The translations under genes and the position numbers were made by a program. A stretch of DNA of 64,000 nucleotides from Blastocladiella emersonii ATCC 22665. Its lineage: Eukaryota > Fungi > Blastocladiomycota. The DNA lies in assembly GCA_025594325.1 (NCBI GenBank), contig JANHCV010000010.1:868001-932000 (forward strand). Reading direction: 5' to 3'. The notes below the pieces were generated by a model. It was not told the DNA's origin. It searched no databases and was given only the letters and a program-made list of their open reading frames with translations. Positions 12,671 through 24,149 of the stretch are shown piece by piece (the stretch's first letter is position 1; the number at the start of each line of letters is the position of its first letter).

Positions 12671-13220
12671 CTTTGGTTTGCGCAAGTGCTGCAAGGTGTG
12701 GTCTATAGTGATACGAGGCGGGGAAGGAGGAAGGGGCGCGGGTTAGCGATCCACGGAGGCCGAGGGGGGTCGGCTGGGTCATGGCGATGGAGACGCGTAA
12801 TGAGACGCGCGAGACACAACACGCGTCGGGCTGTTGGGAGACATTTTCGTGACCGCGAGACGGAACGCGACAATCAGTTGTCATATGAGCGTGCGAACAG
12901 TCATTCACGCGCGCCACGTTCGCCACCAGATTTTGGGCAGCAGCAAAATCGGCGATAGTGTGGAACGAGGTCGTCCCTCGTGCTGCGCCACCTGGCTGCT
13001 GTGCCACCCAGCTGTTCGCGGCCAGACCACCGACATGACCGAGTGCAGTTTCCCTATTCCCTACAACTTGCCCACTGTCTCCCGCTCGCGGCCTCACCTT
13101 CAGTCGAGATCAGCGTGCCAGCGGCCTTCGAATTGAGTGTCCATGATGTACTCAGGTCGGGAACGGAGCTCCCGATCTACTCGGACTGCTACTCCATGAA
13201 TCCGCTCAATGAATGCCAAC

Positions 13221-15736
13221 ATGTATCGCCGCGTGCTTGAGGTCGCTGCGGTCTTCTTCTTGTTTCTATGCGCGGCGAACGCGGTCAGCACTGAGCGGCG
13301 CATCTCGGCCACCTGCATCCCGCGGTCCGACGCGGCACGGTTCGGCTACGTGCTGGCGCAGGACGGCGCCGACGTCGTTCGCCGCGCCTACCCGAACGTC
13401 ACGTTTGAGTCTGGAGCGTGGGCCTCGTACGTAGCCACCAGCCGTTGTTCTTCGGCTGGACGCCGGACCCCGTCACTGCCATCCACGACATGGTCCGCGT
13501 GAACCTGCCCAGCTACACGACCGCCTGCTGGACGGCTTTCAACATGACCGCGGCGGGGACTTCGTCGACGCGACTCACCTGCGACTGGCCCGTCGAGATG
13601 CTGTAGAAACTCGCGAGTCCGGTGGTCATGGACGCGATCCCACACCTTTCGAAGATGCTCCGCGAGTTCACAATCACCGAGGACACGTTGCGTGGGCTCC
13701 TCGCCGAGTTGCCAAACGCGAACGGCCAGGCCTACGACGTCGCGTGCGACTGGCTGCGTGACCACGGCGCCGTGTGGGAGCCGTGGATCGGAGCGCCGCT
13801 TGCGGATCATGGTACGCGTTCGTGGTCATTATGATCGCGCTCGTGGTCTTCATGTCGCACCGTGTTCACCTCGAGTTCGTCATGTGGCTCGTAGTCGTCC
13901 CGATTCGCACCAACAGCTCGTCGGATCTCGACGCCATCCTCATCATTTGTATCGCCTCGCTCATGGCCGTCCTTGCCGTGGCCGTTCTCGGCGCCACCTG
14001 GCGGTCGCGGAACCAGCCAAGCCTCCGTGTTCAGTCGCCCGCCCTACTCGCGCTTCAGATCGTTGGAGCCCTCGTGTTCGCGCTCAGGCTCGCCGTTCCA
14101 GCCGTCACGGGCGCATCGTCGGGCGCACCGTGCATCGTGCGTGCGTGGCTCATGTCGCTCGGCCTCGTCACTATACAGTTCGCCACCGCGGCCCGGCTGT
14201 GGCACGTCTACGCCATCATAGCAAACGTGTCGTGGTCCGTAACGGTAGTCCACTTCGGCCGACTCACGACGGTCCGTGGCACGACTAACCGCCAGCTCGT
14301 GGTCGCGTTCGTGTTCTTCGCCATGCTTTGCGCCGCTTCACTCGCTCCGTTGACGGTGACCATCGCGCCTTCTGGCGCGGCCATGATCCTCCTCGACATG
14401 TCGCCGGCCGCGTACGCCCGCGCACGCCCGCGTTTGTCCTGCTCCACCGCTATGGGCCGTGGCCATCCCTTTCGCGCTCATTCACGTTCCGCTCGCTGCG
14501 GCCACCGCATGGCTCTCGTCCCGGACGCGCAACTCGATCACCATGGCGAGCGACGCTGCGCCGCAAGGGTACCAGCACCTCGCAGTCGGTATCGCCGCGA
14601 GTGTCGGGATGCTACTCGGTGACCCGAGGCTGCAGCACGTCCACCTGTGGGTCGTCCCAGCACTCACGACGACGCTGACCATGATCCTCCACACTGCGGC
14701 TCTTCCCGTCGCCCTCGTCGTGCTCACGGTCACATCGGCACCCACACGTCTCGTGCGCAAACTTCCATCAAGTGCGAGCAGCGGTGCGGGAGGTCTCGGC
14801 GTCAATGGCGTCAGTGGTGCGACGGCTGCGTCGGGTGCTCGACTCGCCGTGAGCTTGGCGTACTCGGCTCCAAGCCGACGCGGTAGCCTGCCGCATACGC
14901 ACCAGTGGTGGCCTCAGCCCATCATACCTCCGCCAGCACAGGAGGAGCCAGAGGTCGTGGTCGAGCCCATGCCCGGCGCAATGGACACGGACGTATCTGA
15001 AGAGCAGCAGCCCGAGCTTCCGACCGACCTGCCGCCAAGAAACATCTTCGGCACAAACCGCTCGTCCACGTTTGGCACAATCCGGCGTCGTGCGGACGAC
15101 GTGCCCAAGCCCGGCGCCATCACCATCATGCTGAACGCGGACGACACGTCAAGCGTGTGAGTCGCGCCCGATCCGTCCGAATCCACTCCGGGCGCGAGCT
15201 CGTTTGTCGCTCCTGCTGGCGGCGAGCAGCTACCACAGCAGCCAACCCGGCTTCTCTCAACCGCGCTCTACCGCGACGAATCCAGCATCTCGCTGTACCC
15301 GACTTCTCTCGTTAGCTCCGGCGCCGTGCAGCACGAGTGGGCGCGGAGCTTCTAGACCTCGCACTCGGACCGCAGCCCCACAACGCTCCTCGCGCAACTT
15401 CCCGTCTCCAGCACGCGCGAGCCAATCGCTGTCCACCGCACGCGGTGGCCGTGGAATCCGTGGGCCGCTGGGTTTGCTGTCGTGATCCCGAGCCTGCGGC
15501 TGGTCGGCGTCATCCCAACCGCCATGCATGGCGTGACGCCGCGCGGAACCGCGTTCTGGATGCCGGGTAAGGAGGTAGTGTATGTCACGGTACGTTTCGA
15601 CGCTGTCGTCGACCGCTCGGGTCGCGCGAGCGTCCGGGTAGTGCGTGGCAGTCGAGCAGAGTACGAGATCGAGCTTCCCTCCGCGCAGTCGGCGGAGCTG
15701 TGGGTCGCCGCTGCTGAAGAACTTGCTAGAGTGTAA
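13221..15736 (+). pseudogene. Decayed tandem paralogue of the solute-binding-domain/class C 7TM/PH-like receptor at 16257-19396
   Basis: Collinear with 16257-19396. About 660 bp of ectodomain are missing just after the intron-1 donor (about 13427-13445). CAG>TAG at 13604, frameshift near 14450, TGG>TGA at 15158, and further frameshifts before the final IPSLRLV...EELARV segment. Confidence 0.85.
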
Positions 15737-16256
15737 TCTGATGATTTGACTGTACTATTTGCCCTCAAGAACACTGCCATTTAACGATCTCGTCGGCTCA
15801 GCCACGCTATTGCGTTCCGCGCAGAACGGTGGTCGGAACGCGTCGCGTTTCAGGCCCACGTGAGGGATCTGATCGGCTTGCCCACGCTCAACGAAGCGCA
15901 ACCCGCCGTTCCAAGGCGTTAAAGCGATTTGAGGGTGGTGTTGGCTTAAGTAATCCACGGAGTCTCAAAGACATGGAGCGAGCATGTTCGGGGACGCGTC
16001 CTGAGGCAGGAGGTGCGCACCAAGGCTTTGGGAGACATTTCGCGATGACGAAACATGAGTGACCGCGTGTCCTCCCTGGCTCCATGCCGCCCGGGTCGTT
16101 TCGCAAGGATCCGGCACTTTGGCTCGAGCACTGTCTCCCAGTCGGGCCATTCCTGGCGATCGAGTGGAACGCTCTGCCTGGATGGTAAGGCCTGAATCTA
16201 GCCAGACCCTGATCCACCCGATGCAAGACTTCATGCAAAGCTCCATGCAATAAGAA

Positions 16257-19200
16257 ATGTATCCTCGCGCGGTCGCAGTCGCAGCATCCATATTCTTGCT
16301 TCTCTGTGTGTCAACTGCCAGCAGCGTCGAGCGACGACTGCCGTACACTTGCATCCCGCGAGCCGAGGCCGCGCGGTTTGGCTTCGTTGAAGCCCAGGAC
16401 TCGCTTGACGTCGTGCGTCGCGTCTACCCGGCTATCACGCTCGAGTCGCACTCTTGGACCTCGTACGCCTCCAGCCGTAGCACAGGTCTGACTGTTCGGT
16501 CCACTGACAACTGGATGTGGTAGATCAAATGTGACCAACTTCATTGGCGCGATTCTCGCTCGCGACATCCTCGGCCTCGACGTGCGCGTCGTCGAGCGCG
16601 ACGCTCCGTTCGGCATTTACACGCGGCTTGTGAGTGGCCAGGTCTCGGCGGCGCTCGAGATCTGGCCCGTCAATAAGGTCAAGCTGTATCTGCAATACGT
16701 TACGATCGCGCGCACGGTGCACGACATGGGTCAAACCGGGTACACGGGCGTCACGATGTGGAGCTTTCCCGCCACGATCTCGGCGCAGCACCCGGGCATG
16801 ATCTTCGAGTCGTGGCGCTCGCTCCTTCAGCCCGAGACGCTCGAATTGCTTCCACTCGCCGGCTCCACGCCACCGGCGCGTTTAGCCGACGGAACCTTCG
16901 TCTGTACCGTGTCCTGGTGCGCCAACGGGGTTTACACGCCGCCGCAGTGCCAACCCGGCGGCACATGGGCCGGCCGCTGTCGCGAGATGTGGCACATGAA
17001 CCCCGGCGTCAATCCGGGCGAGTCAGAGCAGATGATCCACGACCTTGGCCTTCCCATCGTCGTCGTGTACCTCGGCGCAAGCTACGATTCCCGCGTGACG
17101 GCGTGTCTTGCCGCCGCGAGCCCGACGCAGACCTGCCTCATCTTCGGTTGGACGCCGTTCGCAGCGACAGCAAACTTCGGCCTGCTGCGCGTCAACTTGC
17201 CGAGCTACACGACTGCGTGCTGGTCCGGGTTCAACATGCAGTTTGCTGGGACCTCGTCGACACGCCTTGATTGCGCATGGCCCGTGGAACTGCTGCAGAA
17301 GCTTGCCGGCCCGACCGTCATGGACGCGGTCCCTCAGCTCGCGGCCATGATCCGAGCATTCACTATCACTGAAAGCACGCTCCAAGGTCTCCTGTCCCCG
17401 CTCACGTCGGACAACGACCGGACTTTTGACGTGGCGTGCGAGTGGGTGCGCGATCACGCTGCCGTGTGGAGTCCTTGGATCGCGGCTCCTCCAGCGGATC
17501 ATGGTACGAACTCTTGGTCCACGCCGCGTAATTCAAACTCACCCATGCTCTCCTCCGCTATGTGTAGTCGTACCGTTCCGCCGCACGAGCTGGTCCGACC
17601 TGGACATCTCCCTCATCACCTTCGTCTCGGTTTCTGCTGCAGTCCTGGCTGCGCTTGTGCTCGCCGCGATCTGGCGCTACCGCAAGGAGCCGAGCTTACG
17701 CGTCCAGTCGCCCGCGCTGCTCTCGCTCCAAGTCTGCGGTTCACTCCTCTTTGTGCTTGGCCTCGCGCTTCCCGCGTTTGTAGCCATCGCTACGGGCGCG
17801 TCGTGTATCTCGCGCGCATGGCTCGTTTCACTCGGCCTCGCCACGGTCCAATTCGCCACTGCGGCCCGGCTGTGGCGAGTCTACGCCATCATCGCGAACG
17901 TGTCGTGGTCGGCGGTCCTCTTTGGCCGACTCGTGACGATCCGCGGAACAACGCATCGTCAGCTCATGGTCGCTCTTGCTATCCTTGTCCTCATCGGCGC
18001 CTTTGCTCTTGGCCCGCTGACGGCCGCTCTCATTCGATCGCCCATCAACCCGATACTACTCAACAGCACTCCTCTCGCTTACGCTCACGTTTGCTCGACC
18101 CCGCCCCTCTGCGCCGCCGCGATCCCCGTTGTCCTCATTCACATCCCGCTCGGTGCGGGCACCGCCTGGCTTACGTCACGTACCAAGCACTCGATCACTT
18201 TGACGAGTGACGCCGCGCCGCAGGTGTACAAGCACCTCGTGGTCGGCATCGCTGCGAGTGTCGGACTGCTTTTCGGCGAGCCGAGGCTTTACCTTGTCCA
18301 GCTGTGGGTCGTTCCAGCGCTCGCGGCCACGCTGACGATGCTCTTCCAAACTGCCGCTTTCCCTGTTGCGCTGGTCGCTCTAACCTCGGCCACAGCTCCA
18401 GGCCGACTCGTGCGCAAACTGCGCTCGAACGCCAGTAGCGGCGGCGGTGGCTGTGGGCCGGCGGATTCGGTGACCCAGTCCGTCCCGGGTTCGAACTACT
18501 CGGCTCCTTCGCGAGTGAGCGGTCCGTCCCCAGCAATCACGACCCGCTGGTGGTCTCGGAACAACGTTATGCGGACACAGCAGGATTCGGATGTCGCTTC
18601 CAAGCCCGCGCCCGGCCCAAACGATCCGCTGTCGTCGCTCTCACCGTCGGCCGCTTATCCTAGTCACGTGCGGATGAGCGTGTTCGGCTCGCTGCTCTCG
18701 TCCAAGTTCAACACCGTGCAACGCCGCACGGCCGGCCCGGTGGAGCCTGGCGTGATCACCATGATGCTGGACGCCGACGAGACCGCGAGCGTGTGGGTTG
18801 CCGCCGACCCTGCCGAATCTACTCCGTCTGCCGCTACGCATCCGTCCAAGGACATCGGCGGCGGCGACTCGCTTTCGCAGCAGCCGAGCCGGCTCAAGGC
18901 GAGTGCGCTTTACCAGGAAGATTCGACGGTGTCCACGTCTGTGGCTGTTCTCTCGAGCGCGGATGACGTCCGAGCGACCTGGGCACTCGGGAACCAGAGC
19001 GTGCTACCGCTCCGCAGCTCGTCCAAGCCGACCACGCTGCTCGCACAAGTCCCAGTCATGAGCACGCGGACGTCGGTCTCGATTCGTCGCGCGCGGTGGC
19101 CGTGGACGCCCTGGACCGCTGGATTCGCTGTCGTCGTACCTTCCTTGCGGCTCGTGGCGATCATTCCGGCTGCTGAAGGTGGCACAGCGCCGCGCGGGAC

Positions 19201-19396
19201 TGTGTTTTGGGTTCGCGGCCGGACCTCGGCCACCGATCTCGCGTTCGTTTCCATAACCGACAGCAAGGGCAGAGGAAGCGTCCGCGTGCGCCGCGGCGAC
19301 CGAACGCTCTACGAGATCGAGTTTGATTCTGCGCAGCAGGCGCAGCAATGGGTCGCCGCCGCGACTGAACTGGTCACGGTGGCCGGGGCCGAATGA
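16257..19396 (+). CDS. Receptor: signal peptide + OpuAC/ProX-like (type II) solute-binding domain + class C-like 7TM + PH-like C-terminal domain
   Basis: Introns 16463-16523 and 17504-17567 give one open frame. Ectodomain motifs SWTSS, GAILARDILG, LEIWP, FGWTP and AFTITESTLQGLL...ACEWVRDH..VWSPWI. TM3 CISRAWLVSLG...ARLWRVYAIIAN matches the 7tm_3 pattern. C-terminal YEIEFDSAQQAQQWVAA. Confidence 0.8.
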
Positions 19397-19571
19397 GCCG
19401 CAATAAATACAAGTTCTAAGCCTATCCTCCGTTGATGCATCGCTGTCGAGCGGCTCCGGTGCTCGAAAGCGTCGCGCCTCAGCTTCGCGTCAAGTGAACG
19501 TTGACAAGTTCGGCCATCGACATCCCGTTAGCGTGACAGGCCAACAACTGTATGCGCATCCGTCTATTCGT

Positions 19572-20818
19572 TCACTTGACGACCAGTCCATCGACATGCC
19601 TGACCGCCGCCTTGAGCATCGCGTGCGTCCAGCCCGTCACACCGTGAAAAACTCGCTTGACCTCGCCCAGCTCGCTTTCCGGTAAACCCGCGGTGTACCG
19701 CGTCACGACATCGCGCAGCGGTTTCGCCATGTCGCGCGATACCGATAGCGCGCGGACCCACGCGACCACGGTCGCGGGCGGCAGCGGGAGCGCAGGCGTG
19801 CTCGAGGCCAGGGAGACGTGCAGCGCTGCGTGCGGGGCGGCGGGGTACGCGGTGAGGCACTGGACGGCGGCCGCGCGGTGTTGGGAGGGGAGTGAGGCGA
19901 GGGACGCGGCGAGCCACGTCGTTGATGCAGGATCTACATTCTCACGCGGGTCAGTCTCCTCGCTTCGCAACCTCGAGTCACTCTTCTGCACCTTCGGGTC
20001 CAGCCGCGAGCGCCGGCGCGAGAAGATGCTCGACCCAGTCGCCCGGGTGCTCACCCGCGACTTTTCAGGTGAGATCGGCCACGGCGCGCGGAACCGGCGC
20101 GCGTGAGACGGCGACCGTCGTGGCGACGTGCGCCAGGAGCGCGAGCCGGTGCGACCGCGGGACCGAGGTGAGTGAAGAGCACGTCGTGTACAGCCACGCG
20201 GCGTGCGTCGGCACGAGGCCAGCGGTGGATAGGGTTGAGGAAAACTACGCGGGATGAGTGAGCAAGGGATCCGGGAGTGAGAAGCGAGAAGCGGATGGGG
20301 GAGTACCTCGAACTGGGAGAGCACAGCGGCGCGTGAGACGCCCTCGGCGACTTCGGGTGCGAGTGCGTCGAGGGCGTCGCCAACGGGCGCGGCGTGCACG
20401 CGCGCGAGGACCGTCTCGAGGTCGCGAACGCGCTCGGACTCGTCCACGGCCGGGACGACTGGGGCATGCTCGGAGGGGGCCGCTTCTGCGGCAAGCTCGT
20501 CGCTCTCCGGCTCGATCGCGGCGACTACACCCGCCAGCGTCAGCTCCTGTTCAGCACGGCGACGACTCGGGCAACGGACCTCGAGCACGTTTAGCCCGCT
20601 CCAGCCGCTCGACACGGCTCGCGCGCTTGCGCCGGCGCACGTCGTCCGCGCTCACCTCCTGAACGGGGACCGCGCGCAGTTGCTCCCGCTCGATCCCGAG
20701 CGCCGCGCTGATGGCCTCGAACCGGCGGTCCGCTACATCGCGTCGATTATCAGCCTCCATTGCATCGAGTCGCGTCGTCGCGGAGCTTACATTGCGGGGT
20801 AGCCGGCCACGGGTCCAT
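19572..20818 (-). CDS. Possible Fanconi anaemia group E (FANCE)-like helical protein
   Basis: Spliced ORF starting MDPWPATPQS (intron 20733-20790 and further introns). The C-terminus DMAKPLRDVVTRY...VTGWTHAMLKAAVRHV resembles the FANCE C-terminal AKL.L.V.TKY...TTFL.KSLKAALKHL pattern. Confidence 0.5.
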
Positions 20819-20892
20819 GGCGTCGTCGTCAACGACGCGTCTCACATCCGCGACGCGCTTTCTTCTCCTCTCTCCCCTTCAAAGAGCAACCC

Positions 20893-21746
20893 ATGAAACC
20901 CACGCCGATCCTGCCGCGCACCGCGCTACACCGACCCGAAGGCGACCCGCCGCGATGGCGAAGCCCCGGCGAGTCGCCCACAACGCGGTCGGCGGCGCAG
21001 CAGTGGCAGGACCACGCGCTCGAGTCGGTCGCGCACCGCCTCTTCTCGCACCACTTTCGCCAACAGCAGCTGCGCGTGCACGTCGCCGGGTCTGCGGGGA
21101 GTGAGGGCGGCGAGGAGGATGACGTGGGTGAGGCTTCGTTGGGCGGAAGAAGGCGACCGCGGAGGGCCGCCGAGTTCCCGCTGGTCCTGAGTACGTTCGC
21201 TGCACGGCCGCGGCCACAATGACGACGACGAGGCGTGCTCACAACCGAGTAAGTGTAGACGACAAGCCGATGCTCGCGTCGGTTCCACTGCACCTGCTCC
21301 TGCGCTTCACGTCGTGCGCGTACCCGTGCTGGTCCGCCGCCATGGTGTACGTGACGTTGGCCAAGCTCGCTACGCCAGGCACCACCGCGATGAACGAGTT
21401 CTACCGGTTCGCGCTGCAGTTCAACCTCGCCGTGTTCATCCTCGCCGAGCCCGTGCGCCTGCTGCTCGGCATGCGCGGCAACCGGCGCGAGCGGATCCCG
21501 GACCTCGCCGGGTTCCTCCTGCTGTCGGTCCTCCCGCAGGTCCTGGTGCTCGCGTATTTCGCGGTGCTGCAGCGCGTCCACGCGCACAGCGTCGTGTCCC
21601 CCGTCGAGGTCGCGCTCAACGCCGCGTACCTCGCGGTGCTCGTGCCGCAGGTTGCCATAGGGTATCGTGTCGTTGATCGCATCTTTCACGTCATGTCGTT
21701 GCCGCTTCCGCCACCGCCGCCAGCGCAGCGAGGGCCCGAGCCGTGA
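20893..21746 (+). CDS. TMEM17: Ciliary transition-zone protein TMEM17 (TMEM17/TMEM216 family)
   Basis: Intron 21191-21258. Motifs LESVAHRLFS, MLASVPLHLLL.F, EPVRLLLG..GN.RERIPDLAGF.LLS and PVEVALN; four TM segments. Confidence 0.85.
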
Positions 21747-21790
21747 GAGAGAGACGACGGATAAACATGTATATATGAGATGGACGGCGC

Positions 21791-21922
21791 TTAGCTGAGT
21801 GTGACGAACCGGCCGCGGCGGCGCAACACGGCGTTGGCGACGGTCAACGCGACAGTGAGGACGGCCGCGGGGATGAACAGGATGAGCGCCGTGACGCCGA
21901 TCAGCTGCGCGGCAAGGATCAT
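21791..21922 (-). CDS. Candidate 43-aa single-TM microprotein
   Basis: MILAAQLIGVTALILFIPAAVLTVALTVANAVLRRRGRFVTLS: a hydrophobic helix followed by a basic stop-transfer patch, with GC3-rich codons. Confidence 0.3.
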   Translation of the reverse strand: MILAAQLIGVTALILFIPAAVLTVALTVANAVLRRRGRFVTLS

Positions 21923-22436
21923 CGCGCTGTTCTGAAGACGGCCGTAGATGGTGCGGCCAGCGTCGCGTCGCGTCGCGAGTCGAACCAACGCGTCTGCAAT
22001 CTACTCGTGACAGCGCGCGAGCCGAACGCGGACAGCGGTCGCGGCGTCAAACGATCGCGGCTTAAACTGCGCCTCGAGAGCGTCCGCGGCGAGTTGGGCG
22101 ATCGCCTAAGGTGATCAATGCTTGTACGACTGCAGCACACACGGAGGCGTGGGTTGACCGTGTCACAGCATTCCGCGACGCCTCGTCCGGTTGTCTCGCG
22201 CCAGCGGCGAGACAGCTGCGCGAAATGATGTGAGCGTGGCATCACGACCGTTTGACAGGCTCATAACGCGACGTGCGCGCTGTGACGTGGTCGGCGAAAC
22301 GAGCGAGCTACATAAAAAGGGAGGATATTGAAATCTAATCGTGTAATCACAACTGAAAAGGGCAAATGAAGGGCGTTGATGGAGAACGTGATGTTGTTGC
22401 AGGTGAGCTGATCTTGAGCCGAGCAAAGGGCGCTTG

Positions 22437-23921
22437 CTAGTCAAGCTGACTGCGGCACCAAGCCTTGATGTTCTCGACTTCGGTCCTGGCCATAAGCTGC
22501 TCAATGGAGGCACGTTCGTTGGCCAGAGGGACATCCGAATTGACCCACCAGTTCAAGCGGGCGACCACCGCGTCGCCGTGGTCGGAAATGGCTTGGTCCC
22601 AGAGCTCAAAATCCGAGCTGCTCGAAGGCCCAAAGCGAGCAAAGTCGCTCCATTGCCCGAAGTGGGCTGTACCAACGTCGCGGAAGGTCGGGGAGCTGGA
22701 ACCCGCTACGGCCCATCCCTTCGGGCAGACGAACTGGTCGTCGAGCAGATTGTTCCTATACCAATCGAGGGCGGCCAAGTTGTTGGTTCGACTTGCATGT
22801 GCGACCGCAGCCGTCCAAAACTTGGGCGATTTCTTGGTCAAGCGCTCGTGTAACCAATCAAGCACGGACTCGTCGTTGAAAGTGATAGCTTTTTCGAACG
22901 CACGCACCCAAAACCCGGTGTCACGCGACCTGGATTCAAACTGATCACGGTCGCGCTCAAGCTCTCGTTCGTACCGGTCGTGACCAAAACCAGGGATCAT
23001 AGAGGGAGCAAGATCGGACCGGCCACACAAGTAAATTTGACTGACTTCGCTGAAAATGTAATCGAGGACGTGCAGCTGCTTCCGCTGAATAGCGCCCTTG
23101 ACTATTTCGTCCCATTCGATGCTGGACCGCCAATCACTGTATTCGTCGTCATCGCAATGGTCGCGAAGAACGTTCAGACTCCCCGCTTCGAGAGCCATCT
23201 TGGGAATTTTGTCCAGAAGAGATTCAAACTTTTCGTGCGTGCAAACCCAACTGACGGAGTAGCCATTGTTGCTTTGAATGGCAATGTCTAAAGCACGATC
23301 GGAAACCTTGCGGTCGTCGCTGTACCAAGCCCACCAGCGAAGCACTTCTTCACGCTCCAGGCGTAGCGCCTCGTCAATCGCATGCTCCGTGTACTGTTCG
23401 AAAAATTCAGCGTCTTGCTTGAATAGCCACTCGAGGACGTCAGGATGACCGTTGGCAGATGCAATGCCTGCAGGATGGGGCTCGTTGCCGCAGTCCCACA
23501 CCCAGCCGTGCTCCAGCTTGATAAACTCGTCGAGCAGCTTGATTTTGCCCGCAGCGCACAACAACGAGAAGTAGAGCTTGCCTTCCTGGGTGTTTGGGCC
23601 AAAGGGAGGCTTTCGATGCTCGAGGAGCAGGCCGCGCAAGCTTGGGTCCTCGTCATCGTCCCAATCGTCCAGGTATTCCTCGTTTTCGGTCTGCTGCTCG
23701 TTTGGGACCGGTTCTAAGGCACGCCGGATCCGGGCGTGCAGAGAATGGCGAAGAACCACACGGCGCAAGCGGGTGAGGCCGGGAAGTACGCGCAAGAGTG
23801 GAAGCGGGTCCGTCCCGCACGGGTCGAGCAGGACGGCTTGGACGAGAACATTTTCGAGAATTTCATAAGGCAAGAATGGCTGAATGCGTTGCATCAAGTG
23901 ATTGCATGGTTTGTGCTTCAT
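22437..23921 (-). CDS. F-box-like + ankyrin-like repeat protein, copy 1
   Basis: Intronless. LPYEILENVLVQAVLLDP...DPLPLLRVLPGL N-terminus, then HPAGIASANGHPDVLEWL and YTEHAIDEA...VLRWW repeats. Confidence 0.75.
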   Translation of the reverse strand: MKHKPCNHLMQRIQPFLPYEILENVLVQAVLLDPCGTDPLPLLRVLPGLTRLRRVVLRHSLHARIRRALEPVPNEQQTENEEYLDDWDDDEDPSLRGLLLEHRKPPFGPNTQEGKLYFSLLCAAGKIKLLDEFIKLEHGWVWDCGNEPHPAGIASANGHPDVLEWLFKQDAEFFEQYTEHAIDEALRLEREEVLRWWAWYSDDRKVSDRALDIAIQSNNGYSVSWVCTHEKFESLLDKIPKMALEAGSLNVLRDHCDDDEYSDWRSSIEWDEIVKGAIQRKQLHVLDYIFSEVSQIYLCGRSDLAPSMIPGFGHDRYERELERDRDQFESRSRDTGFWVRAFEKAITFNDESVLDWLHERLTKKSPKFWTAAVAHASRTNNLAALDWYRNNLLDDQFVCPKGWAVAGSSSPTFRDVGTAHFGQWSDFARFGPSSSSDFELWDQAISDHGDAVVARLNWWVNSDVPLANERASIEQLMARTEVENIKAWCRSQLD

Positions 23922-24149
23922 GGCGGGTGCGAGTATCGTTTTCCGAGGAGCGAGGGTCGTCCGCGGCGAGCCGGGCCTGAAGCAGGGCTTGAAGTTGCGC
24001 CGCAACGGTCACGCGCTCGTGGTCAGCGCCTCAGTCGGAGGTCCCGGCTCGAGTCCGCAGGTGTCACGCAGATTTTATGACAAAAATAGATGATGTATAT
24101 GAACGTGAGCAATGAACAAACTGAATAATCCCCGCCGTGGCTCGGCCCA

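Noticed and set aside
13812-13894. Extra hydrophobic segment (SWYAFVVIMIALVVFM) ahead of TM1 in ORF 13774-14622
   Set aside because: It is the translated intron, with GTACGC...GTAG at the same position as intron 2 of the intact paralogue.
3708-19396. Bacterial-style ABC operon (permease plus solute-binding proteins)
   Set aside because: The genes are intron-containing, separated by unrelated genes and on different strands. FtsX-type permeases do not use these binding proteins, and the binding domains are fused to 7TM regions.
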